64,000 nt of DNA from Phoronis australis (lineage: Eukaryota; Animalia; Phoronida): positions 293,143 through 357,142 of the forward strand of contig NMRA01000156.1 in NCBI GenBank assembly GCA_002633005.1, read 5' to 3'. Numbering within the stretch: the first letter of the stretch is position 1; every line of letters starts with the position of its first letter. Below are positions 1 to 11,462 of this stretch, one piece after another. The position numbers and the translations under genes are program-made. The notes beneath the pieces were generated by a model, which saw nothing but the letters and a program-made list of their open reading frames with translations, searched no databases and was not told the DNA's origin.

Positions 1-1677
1 TTGTTAGAAAAGCAAGATCTCAAGATATCTCAAACTGACGCAAGTGAAAATTAAGTGTTTCAAGAGAATGCTCGAGAGTTTAGTTACTAGCTCATCCTAG
101 CAAAATGACGATCACTGACGTGATTAGTTGGTGAGGTGGAAATGTTTGATTATGGACTGAATTCACCGTTTTCGTTCCATAAGGAACATTTTTCACGGTC
201 TACGGAACTAAGCTCTGGCATCAGCTTTGAAAATCCATTTGCCTGCTCATTTACCCAGATTACTGCTTTATAGCACTTTCTGGGTTGACATCACCTGTTG
301 TCAATTACATTTACCATCAACAGTAGAGAAATTATCATTTGCCCCGCCTCTAAACTTTTTTGAAGAGTTCATCAAAATCCCTGGTGACTGACCCACTGAA
401 TGACCCTCTATCAATCACTAAACGTAAACAACAAGAACAAAACACAATTATGAACCAAAATTTTCAAAACTACCACATCATGACCCTGAATCAAATTTAA
501 ATGTTCATCAGTTCTTTTGACATGGCATAAACGTGATCAAGAATGAGTGAATGTTTAAAAAGAAAGGATCTGTGAAGAAATTGATGTTTTCAAAATGCTC
601 TTAAAGCAAATTTATGCTTTCAGAAAACTGGACAATATAAACAGAGGAGCTTTAAACTGGTTCTCTTATAGCCCGAGGAAGATGCTGACATAGCTAGATG
701 TCGTCACGACAGCAGGTGTGTTCTGATACCTCATATAATACTGAATTCAGGGGAGTCGAACATAATCAAGAATCACATCGCGATAGCACACCCATATAAA
801 AAGTTACTCATCTCAAAATACAGCGAATAACATCGAATGAAACATACATTAATACACAATCAGTTATAATTAAGACATACCATGACTCTGGAGATAATGT
901 AGTCAACATAATTTGAACATCAATGAAAATCTGTCGCGCTTGGCTTGAGCTTCCCTGACTGCCATTTTGAGAAAGTTACGGGAAATCATGCTTGTTAACG
1001 AACAAAAAGTCAAAGGGACGCAAATGTTACCTCACACGATACTAAATTTAGTAGAATCAAATTTAATTCTAAGGTCAACCATTTCCGAGAAATAACCTCA
1101 ACAATATAGCGGAATGAAGGATTATAAAAAAATTCGTGAGTAGAGTGTCAAGCAAAGTAGTTTTCAAATTCCAAAATCAGTCATTGAATTTCATCGAAAA
1201 CCATGAGACCTAGGAACAGTCACAAAAAATAAAACAATCATTTGAAATTCTGACGAGGATTTGTTTCTGAAATTTGATAATTATACTTTAAATAAACAAT
1301 GAATATAATGTAGTTCAAAATTTATAAACTGGTACCTGTCAACAGTGATGAAAATCAAAGTGACGCCAGTTAAATTAGCTAATTAAGACTGTTTAAAACT
1401 TTATTTTATCTTAATCAACTTTGATGACTTTTTAAAACATCACCTATCTTTGAACTAGTGTCTTTAATTGGTGAGATCTTACCATTTTGAATTTTAGAGA
1501 CTTGGCGGAGGCTATTTTTGCAAAGGTAACCACATTCAGGCTGTGAAGGATTAGGACAGAGGGGAAATTGACTAATAGTTGGATAGGCCCATTGAGCAGC
1601 ATTCCTGTTGTAACCTTATTGTTTGTCACTTCAGGGTTCAATTCCAAACACATCAACTCAAAACACAATTTATACTC

Positions 1678-1731
<54 letters not shown>

Positions 1732-1790
1732 CTGATGTTGCTGTTGTTGTTGATGCTGTTGGTGTTGTTATTATAATTATTATCATTGTA
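1678..1790. repeat. (CTG)n microsatellite decaying into (TTG)/(TTA) repeats
   Basis: About 17 perfect CTG units from 1681, followed by degenerate TTG/TTA triplets; explains the poly-L, poly-A and poly-S ORFs. Confidence 0.97.
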
Positions 1791-4213
1791 TACAAAAAAA
1801 TGTTGGCAGGATTCTGAGACTTTTCCAGAACTCTTCCAGAAAATTCCAGGACTGTGTCCAGAACAGAGATGGTACCAACGAGCATGTAAAGAAAACATGT
1901 TATGGAAGCATTACGTACAGTTATAAGTCAGACTTTCTGAAATATAGTTATAATTTCATGACCTATCCATGTGTGCTGATATTTAAGAACTTCTGCATCG
2001 TACAATGAAATTCCATGTCATTTCTGCAGACAACCCAAAAATAACAAACGTTTTCCAACCATGTAAAATCATAAACAGTATTCACCCACAGTTTAAGGTT
2101 CTTTCACACCAATTTAACTCTCCTCCCACAGGATTGCAGATGTAAACTGCTAATTGAGCTGAACCTTTCAGACAGGCTTTGATAGTTAGCTAACACCAAA
2201 GTTATCGTTGTTTGCTGTGTGGTCATCGAACTTATCCCAAGATGGTGCTCTAAACACATTATGTGGGCCTAATTGCTTTAAATTTTTAGGTATGTATTAT
2301 GATAGCATGACAAATGAATTGAAGTGCAGGTGAGAGGTACAAAGCTGAATACCTGCGGTACGCCATTGCTTATTACACACAAAACTAATTCTCAAAACTC
2401 TAATTTTTCTATTTTTCAAATGTCGATTACTTCTCTGTAATAATTGAAACTTTACCAAATGTCGCTTTTAACACCTAAACAGTGCCTAGCCAATAACAGA
2501 CTAGGATTTTCTTAATTTCAATTTTGTCAATAAATTGAAAAAATAGAACTTCACCAGTCTACCAGAACGTGTGCTTCGTAGGTGAAGAATTATTGTATTT
2601 GGAAAAATATCAAATAATACCACACACATCGCATGTATATTAAAAGAAATTTGCTCATGTTATTGAGAATGTTATTTCGCTAAGAATATACCATTCATTT
2701 TTGCTGCATTTTACTATAAAGACATGGTCATGTGACCTACTTAATGGCAAATTGGCTTTGTCACAAAATTAACTACAAAACTTTCCATGTTCAGAAAACA
2801 TGTATTTTTAATGATTTAAAGTCTGTAAGCTAAACAACCGGAGTGGTCAATGAGGTCCTCCAGAAACTTAAATTCACCTGTTTACTGTAAAGTTAATTTC
2901 AATCCAGGACCGAAGTCAATAGTTCATTGACACTTCATACAAACAGCGATGTGTCCACACTATGTAGGTATGAAACAGTCAAGAGTGCAAAATGTATTCA
3001 CATACAAACATTTAACAATGGCTTCAAGAAATAAAATTTCCATTCTGTCAGGAATCAATAACAAAGTGTCATTGTGTTGTCATTAATTCCTAACCAATGC
3101 CACGTTGATGGCAATTTAATGGCGGAATCGCAACCCTAGAGCCTGTCTTATTCATAAGCACATTTGAGATATGAAGGAAATCTACCAATGACACGCTACT
3201 TATCAATGGACAAAGAGTCAAAACAAGGGGGAAACCGGGCAAAACTGTAGTTACGTCTCTGGGCTGAATACCCCATCCCCCCCGTAGTCATTACTTCGTC
3301 ATTGTTATTTTCTATCACAGTGTCACCTATGGGGGACAGTGAACCCGTGATTTCATGGTGGACGACACTCAGAAATGTGTCGACATCTATGCACATGCCT
3401 TGGTTTGGACATTTTGCGTAAACACAAGGTAGGGAATGAGCCAGAAAGCAATAGTGAATCGTTTTGGGGGTGTTGAAGCTTCGTTATCTTGCAGGAGTCA
3501 AAAACACAAACTTGTGTGGAACACATTTAATTAGCCTGCTGAGGTGTTTACAGCAAGGCAAGCCACAAAGGCATTTCTCAATAGACAAAGCAGCATCCTG
3601 ATGTACTTCTCAACATCAGCCAATTAGAATGCTTGAATGCGGTATTTTCCAACCAATCGGAATGTCTGAATGTTACTTCATTGAGGTTTAGCTATTCTAA
3701 GTAATGTGACGATATACAGCATAATTCCCAAATTTTTTTTGCTTTTCAAAACCTCGCAGCATTATGAAATTATGAACAAGAGCAACGCACCTACAGTGTA
3801 CCGAAAACGTGATACTTATCAGTCTCGTGTAAGGTACGAAGACAACAATTTGACCACAAGAGGTAGCCATAACAGAGTGAATACCTTTGTTTTAAACGGG
3901 TAAATATGCCATATTCCAGGCCTGACTGCATTACCATTCTATTAAGCAAGTATAGACTTTTTTGGCATAATTGAGTAGCACAGCTTGTTCACCTCTTTGA
4001 AGTGTCTCTGCCAATTCATTTTAGCCTGAAGGAATATCTGTTACCGAGGTGAAAGCATCCCTAGAGATAACTAAAACACAGCCTGTACTAAGCAGGATGG
4101 TTAACAATAAAACTTCAGCTATTGACTCAAAGTGGCCATAAACCAGCATTCCAGTTCCATACAAGATGTAAACTTTTGATTTAGACCACTCACTTCTATA
4201 AAATTGGTCTCAC

Positions 4214-4306
4214 CTGCTTCCTGTTCCAGATGAGAAGTGGTTTCCGCGTTTGCAGTTTGTTATTCATTGAGACCGTGCACACAAAATGACACGCTGTTTG
4301 TGACAT
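4214..4306 (-). CDS. Candidate alternative first coding exon of the PDE7-like gene (MSQTACHFVCTVSMNNKLQTRKPLLIWNRKQ)
   Basis: GTTGCC-ATG start at 4306, 31 open codons, strong donor CAG|GTGAG in phase 0, the same strand and phase as the PDE7 exon at 21205-21345. No homology evidence. Confidence 0.4.
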
Positions 4307-4860
4307 GGCAACTTGTGGAGCCCAGTTTCGACCAATAACGAACTGTTGGTTCTTTTTGAAGACTCAAAATCAAATCCAACATGACTTTACAAACAATTTG
4401 CAACCGATTTCACAATGCTCAGTCAGGTCTAAATGAAAGATGTTTCAGTGATGGAAGGCTGGTTCATTACCTCTTTAAAACTCGACATGCCTCAAGCAAG
4501 AATGAATGCAAGCCAACATCCACTAGCATTATTGGATACGTCTGGGTGAACGGCCATGATTCACACCTGAGAAATTTCTAAATTTTCACTTTTAAATCAC
4601 ATGTTCAGCTTGCCGCAGACTGCCAATTCACATGAATGACCCTTCCTTGAACGCAACAGTGTTTCTGTGAATGCATGTCTTATGTGAAACTCAGCTCTCA
4701 AAATATACAAACTCGCATTGTACGGAATGACAAGCTCGCACATTTTCAACGTCATCTTGCAGTATTCTGGTGGAGAACATACCTGTATACTGCCACCATG
4801 TTTTATGGATCTCTATTATCATTTTGAAAATCTAGTGGTCTATTCAAACCAACCCCTTTA

Positions 4861-5149
4861 GCCTGTTTACATTGGCACGATGTTTCGGTTGGTCATTTCT
4901 CTGGCCATCTTTAGGTGTTGGAGCAATCTTAGAAGAACGAGCGCGGGTGTATGGCACACTCACGGTGGTCAATTATGAGCTCGTTTAAATTTTTACTTGG
5001 CATAAGCTTGCACTGAACTAGGGACCTTAAGATTGTTTAGACTTTCAGTCCAGTGCTCCAACCACTACACCACGGAGTCATCCACCTGAAGATGGCCGGA
5101 GAAATGACCCACCGAAACATCATGCCAATGGAGGTCGGTGTAAATAGAC
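4861..5149. mobile_element. Penelope-like inverted-repeat relic with minimal hammerhead motifs
   Basis: 48-bp inverted repeat (4870-4917 / 5083-5130, 4 mismatches). The right arm reads CAC-CTGAAGA-TGG...CC-GAAA-CATC; the left arm's complement ends CATC-GTG, closing stem I. Confidence 0.6.
5010..5079 (-). ncRNA. tRNA-derived (Phe/GAA-like) pseudogene or SINE head
   Basis: Minus strand GACTCCG-TGGTGTAGTGG (A box)-TTGGAGCAC-TGGA-CTGAAAG...AAGGTCCCTAGTTCAGTGC (degenerate B box); D stem GTGT/GCAC; no complete acceptor 3' strand. Confidence 0.55.
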
Positions 5150-5880
5150 CAAGAGACCTTAGAAATGATGTTATCACATCTCCACCACAAAGAGGCCTTA
5201 GTTAAGAAGACCTATCACTAGCACCACCCAGTCTAATGCATTAATACCAGAGTTGACCAATCAGATATCCCCCAGACCCCGACTTCTAAAAGTTTTGATT
5301 GAAATGCCCACCCAATTTCTAGTCACTTCTGTACCCAATATTTAGGCACACTGGGTGTCCACTTGGATAAGTACCCTACACCCAGTTTGGACAATGCAAG
5401 CTGCAAACAAGGTTGAAAAGACAGTTGTGTAATGTTCTAAAGAATATTAAAATCACAAGCCTGGATAATACTTACAAGAACTGTCCTACTGCGTATAAAA
5501 CGATAGTTCAATAATAAAATTGAAAGAACTCTCAGAGCAATCACCAAGCTGACATGATATAAACTGTTGTTTTATAGTACAAAAGCACATGGGGAAAGTA
5601 GGCTGTTTATTGTACAGTACAGGCCAAAAGTATTCATACAAAATGGCGCGGAACCCCCCCCCTCCCGCAATGATGGCTGAGTGAAAGCCAAAATCATCAC
5701 CAGCACAGCCTTATCTCAAGACCAAGAATGGAGGGGCGTTAAGCCATTCTGTAATTAAAATTTCGTCACTGTAACAGTTAATACGTGTCATTTTTGCTGT
5801 AAACATGATTGGAAGTAATGAGGGGGGAAACAGGAGTTTTGTCCGATAACTTTTGTCCTGCAGTGTAAGCCAACACTAGC

Positions 5881-5933
5881 TACATTATCTTACGTACATT
5901 ATCTTACGTACATTATCTTACATACATTATCTT
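5881..5933. repeat. 14-bp tandem repeat (TACATTATCTTACG) x~3.8
   Basis: Read directly from the sequence. Confidence 0.9.
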
Positions 5934-6865
5934 TCTCATATCACGTACTAGAGCCTACATGTGTAGAGTGCTTCCCACAGCATCGCCACAACAGGGGCAG
6001 TCAATGACCTGAGAGCCCAGCATAGTCACTGTGTTGACTTTCCATCATAGCCAACGAGAAACCTCCGTCTCTTGCTAGAACAGGGAATCAGTGTGGCAAC
6101 GCGATGACCAGGCTGACTAATAGATAACTTTGAAAGATCAGTAACAATGCGAGTTTTTTCTGATAAATCACAGTTTATGAACAACACTTCTTGCGAAAGG
6201 GGTATGAATTTTCAAATTACATCGTGTATTCGACAGAAGTCTCGCCAGATCTAGCCTACTCACATCCTTTTTTGCTTTTGGCCAATGTGATGCATCACAT
6301 GCAGAGTACAGTACAAGCCAAAAGTAATCAGACAAAATGACCTGGAATTGCCCCTAGCATGATGGCCGGGCACAGGCCGAATTCAACGCAAGGGTTATCT
6401 TCTCTAATGACCGAGAATGAAGGAAAATTACCAGGAAAGTCAGTGAGGTGGCTAACCCATTCTGTCATTACAATTTTACAATCCCAATAGTTATTACCAG
6501 TATTCTTTGCTGTAAAACAGAATAATCGGTCATGCCAAGGAAAATGGTATTTTGTCTGGTTACTTTTGTCTTGCACTGTACATTTATGGCCATGAATAGG
6601 AAGTGTCTGTTCAAATTAAAACTATCAACAGACAGAATTTAATTTAAATCTATCAAAAAGCACCAGACAAAAGAAGCCTCATAACACATGTGAATGGACA
6701 GATGTCCATAAGTCAGTGTCTGACACATTGTGTCTGACAGGCACAGCAACGACCTCTTCAAGGGGAAACTTTCAGGTTGGAAAGTGGTGAATGATCATGC
6801 GTTGAGGTGGGGGGGGGACAGACACTAGTGACCTCTAGAAGATGCGAGGGCAATTTTACTTTGTT

Positions 6866-8264
6866 TAAAACGTATCACAATTCACACCTCATCACAAAAA
6901 CTGCAAATGTTCCTTTTCACAGTGTTACGACACACTGCGAAGAAGTAGCCATTCCTACCACTGTACCACGTGATCAGCCTCTATTGCTTTCTACAGCTTT
7001 CCCATTGATAATTCATTGTCCAGTAAATTTCACTGCAGACTACAGTAGCTGGAATTAGCAAATTGAATAGTAAACATTCTACATTTTATAACTCTTTACA
7101 CTTGGGAGAGCATGAAAGCACTTTCGCTTGACCCAATTTCTAAATTTGGTATGCCAGACAGGTACAAGACGTAACTTCTTTCATTCACAAACACTTTGAG
7201 ACGGACACTTCATTGTGAATTGGTTGAAGATCCCATAGCAGAACTTGATGACAAGTCGCACAAAATATCAAAAAACTGTCAACTCAGCTCCACTTTAACT
7301 TGAGCTGGTGAACTCCAGCTCCCCTGTCTTACGTAACACACCATCTGTCTCTGGGTGACACACTTAGGAACATACTGTCCTGAAATTTTCATCATTTTGG
7401 TGTTATGTTAGCTTTTTTGAATTGATAAACACAGCCTCCGGGAATGCCAAAATTCTTGAGCTGGACTGATAACACAAGACACTATCACCGATGATTGGAT
7501 CATGTTTCACAATATTTTGATACGGGGAAAATCTCTCAAATAGTGTAACTGACACTGCCTGGANTAAAACGTATCACAATTCACACCTCATCACAAAAAC
7601 TGCAAATGTTCCTTTTCACAGTGTTACGACACACTGCGAAGAAGTAACCATTCCTACCACTGTACCACGTGATCAGCCTCTATTGCTTTCTACAGCTTTC
7701 CCATTGATAATTCATTGTCCAGTAAATTTCACTGTAGACTACAGTAGCTGGAATTAGCAAATAGAAAAGGAAACATTCTACATTTTATAACTCTTTACAC
7801 TTGGGAGAGCATGAAAGCACTTTCGCTTGACCCAATTTCTAAACTTGGTATGCCAGACAGGTACAAGACGTAACTTCTTTCATTCACAAACACTTTGAGA
7901 CGGACACTTCATTGCGAATTGGTTGAAGATCCCATAGCAGAACTTGATGACAAGTCGCACAAAATATCAAAAAACTGTCAACTCAGCTCCACTTCAACTT
8001 GAGCTGGTGAACTCCAGCTCAGCTGTCTTACGTAACACACACCATCTGTCTCTGGGTGACACATTTAGGAACATACTGTCCTGAAATTTTCATCATTTTG
8101 GTGTTATGTTAGCTTTTTTGAATTGATAAACACAGCCTCCGGGAATGCCAAAATTCTTGAGCTGGACTGATAACACAAGACACTATCACCGATGATTGGA
8201 TCATGTTTCACAATATTTTGATACGGGGAAAATCTCTCAAATAGTGTAACTGACACTGCCTGGA
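6866..8264. repeat. ~700-bp tandem duplication across an N gap (probably uncollapsed haplotypes)
   Basis: 6866-7563 is repeated at 7565-8264, with N at 7564; the copies differ by scattered substitutions and a 2-bp AC indel. Confidence 0.9.
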
Positions 8265-11200
8265 ACTTCCTGTAACCGAAGTAACACACCAGCATAGTCA
8301 ATAGTTCACTACAACCCTAAAGCGGTAAGGACAAACAGCCAACCTAAAACCAATCCAAATGTTTCTTAAGAGTAGCAAAGGCAAATTCACAAAAATTACT
8401 GTCAATTCCTACCTTCCCAGCACTTACGTAATTTCTATCAAAGCTCTTCACAGGGTATGCAAGTTGTACTAAGTGATGAGTACTTTGAGTACCTTGATGA
8501 GTACTTGTTGTCTACCTTACACTACACGTGTACATCATGGGGGTGCTGGTCCCACATACCGTGAAATCCCAGAAATTACACAAGATTAATTCTACGAACC
8601 ATCGTGTATCCAAAGATTCATGAAAGTTAAGTCGACCCTAGTGGCAGACGCTGACACTACACAGTCAGTGCAGTATAATGCACCAGCAACAGTATTTCTA
8701 TGATATGGATAACGATCGGAAATTTAAAGTGTAAACTGAATCAATAAACAACATAGGTCACAAATAATTTTACCCGATATTAATCCAGCAAAATTTGGTG
8801 AAACTCAGAACACAGACAAATTCTTATGCCAATGGGAATTCTCCAGGTAAAAATTTACTTGCAAAATACAAGTGATTGTTTCGACCAACTTTCACATGAG
8901 AAAGATACTAGTACCAGGGCCCTCAATCCCTCTGAAAAATGTTGAAAAATCACACGCAGTTCCCCTCATGAGGACCAAAAATTCACCTCGAGTGTGTGAA
9001 AAATTCCTCTCGAGGTCCAAATCACTTCTAACTCAAACAGGTTATACCAAAGCGCAAAATGTTAGTTTTGGCTGCTTGAGGGCTTGAGGCAGAGCCCATG
9101 GGGGTTGGCAACAGGGTGGGGGGTGCTACTGACGACAATCGGGAGACAGAATTTTCTCCTCACTCCCAAAAATTCCCTTCTCAGAATGCAAAGGCACCTT
9201 TCCCCACTAATGAAGGAGGGCTATCAGTATGTTCTTAGAGTGTGGTTACTGAGGTAAGCCAACATGGGCTTAAAGGCAGGGTAAACATACTCAGTGTCTA
9301 TAAAATATTTTAGTTAGCTAACTCCTAACCAAATTTGCTTTGAAGAAATAGCTCAGTTTGAAGACAAACCTCAATTTCAATTAGGCCAAACTTCCATTTG
9401 CACTTCAAATCTGTTTCTGAAATTTTTAAAATCAATTTTGGCTTGTAACCTGTGCTAAACGGGAAACTTCAAGTTTCAATTATCAATTCTAATGTAAGGC
9501 TCAATCAAGAGGTGTTTAAGGAAGCAAAAAGCTTCGGTTACAAAAGTATAATTGCACGGGTAAATGTACTCGCGGCTTGAAACACTGACAGAATACAAAA
9601 GGCAATTCCATTTGTGACGGACTTACAATCAGAGAAAATTTCGATCAATTGTGAAAAAAATTAATCCTAGGAAAATAGTTAATATATCAATTGTTAGGTC
9701 TCTGGTAATCTTCAATGCATGTATCAACTTTTGTCTTGAACCTTTTCTCCAACTACAAAATTGCCTTTTAAACGGGTGTGGCGAAAGTATACATAGAATC
9801 TAAATTTTCCAAAAATGCAGATTTTTAATGTTAATTTTCACAATTTTAATTTTTTATCCGGGGCTGACCTTTTCATGGAATTACGCCAAAACGAGTACAA
9901 AGCGCTTCTATAATGCTGCAAATTACGTGAAGCAAGGCACAAAGAAGTCCCCTAGTCAGTGTTATCCAGCTCAGCGGACATATCAGTAGAACAAACTCAG
10001 CACTTGTGGCTAAAAGAATTAGAGCAAACCAGCCATTTCCTGCACAGTGGTGAGCTAAACTCTGCCCAACTCTGACAAGCCCACAACTCTCGTTACCAGG
10101 TAGCAGGTGCGGGGTCACCCTCAGCAATGGAAGTAAACTGTATCCGTGTGTCACTCCCTTTGAAAGATTACCAGGTTGACCTGGGGTCGCGCGCGGAAAA
10201 GTTGCAAGCCCAATATTGACGACATCTCATCATTACTCGACACGATATTATTTGATTTTGACGTCATGCAATACACTAAAACTTATCCAATGTTTGATTT
10301 ATGAACCTCATGCCTACATCAAAGAGCAACTCTTTTTGCAAATTAATATTCATTAGCTAAGGCCTGCCTTCCGTATATTGCTGGCTAGATATGATCCCCA
10401 GTAACTTGAAGTTGCATTTTGCCATGATTGGCTGGCTAAAACCAAAAATCAAATAAGGCCTTTTATTCTCATAAAACCAGCCTCATAACATCCCTTAGTG
10501 TGAGGAGACTCCATTCCCTAACCAAATCAAGTCATCGGCAATGAATCCATGCTCAATTTTTAGAATTTGCGATTTTAGGGTTGGAAAACCATGAAAAAAT
10601 TGTCAATGATGTTTTCGATGTTCACGTTGACAACGGAAATAGATTCCTAACACAAAAAAGGGATAACACCAGAGAAATTTGATGAGAGTAAAAGGCCAAA
10701 TTCCACTTTCGCTTTTTAGCCCGCTAAACAGGGCGAAACACAGCTTTAGAGTACTAGATATTTCCAGCGTAGACAAGAGAACAGGCCCTGACCATTCTTA
10801 GAGTTCAATGTCATCCCCTCGATCTGAATACGTTAAACTGACAGGGGGCGCTGGCTTGATGAACAGCAACTTCAGTTAAATTAAGTTACAACTTTCATCT
10901 TCTTCTCCCACTAAAGGCTTTAGGGAACTAAGTTTTAGCCATGTAATTGCTAGCATGTTACAAGTTACCAATAATTCATTCAGATTACCCGGGTAAGTAA
11001 TGGATATAGTCTCTGTGTACTGTGTTGAAGTGAACTTTAAACTACTTTTTCAAACTGACAATGAATTACGAACAACTAACTATGAATTATGAACAGACTA
11101 CCTGTGAACCTGGTATCAGAACCTTGTTTACATTTTTCATCAAGATAACGGACATTCATCAAGAGCCATCGCTTGAAAGTAGCCCGGAACTCTCTTCTCA

Positions 11201-11347
11201 CTATCAGAGATGCAATTGCCAAAGCCCATGATTGCTATATCACACCACTTGCTTCTAGGCCTTTAAATTACCTGTGTCAAGGTATGGTAATGATGATGAT
11301 CACAGCCAGCAGTGTTCCCTCAAGTGTTGTATGAAAGTAGCAATAGG

Positions 11348-11381
11348 AGCAGCAGCGACGGCGGCGGCGGCGGCGGCAGCA

Positions 11382-11460
<79 letters not shown>
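11348..11460. repeat. (GCG)n(GCA)n microsatellite
   Basis: Triplet run with occasional GAA interruptions; explains the poly-Ala ORFs on both strands. Confidence 0.97.

Positions 11461-11462
<2 letters not shown>

Noticed and set aside
1250-1280. CTGACGA-GGA...TCT-GAAA hammerhead-like word
   Set aside because: Stem II is only 3 weak pairs, with no convincing stem I, cleavage triplet or repeat context.
1444-1898. Overlapping poly-Leu, poly-Ala and poly-Ser ORFs
   Set aside because: Products of the CTG microsatellite; no splice or domain support.
3196-3396. 66-aa minus-strand ORF that looks like another PDE7 first exon (RRNYSF)
   Set aside because: Available GT donors are weak and not in phase 0; no recognisable homology. 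Not fully excluded.
9344-9365. GAAATAGCTCAGTTTGGAAGA, resembling a tRNA-Phe 5' end
   Set aside because: No anticodon arm, T arm or B box follows.
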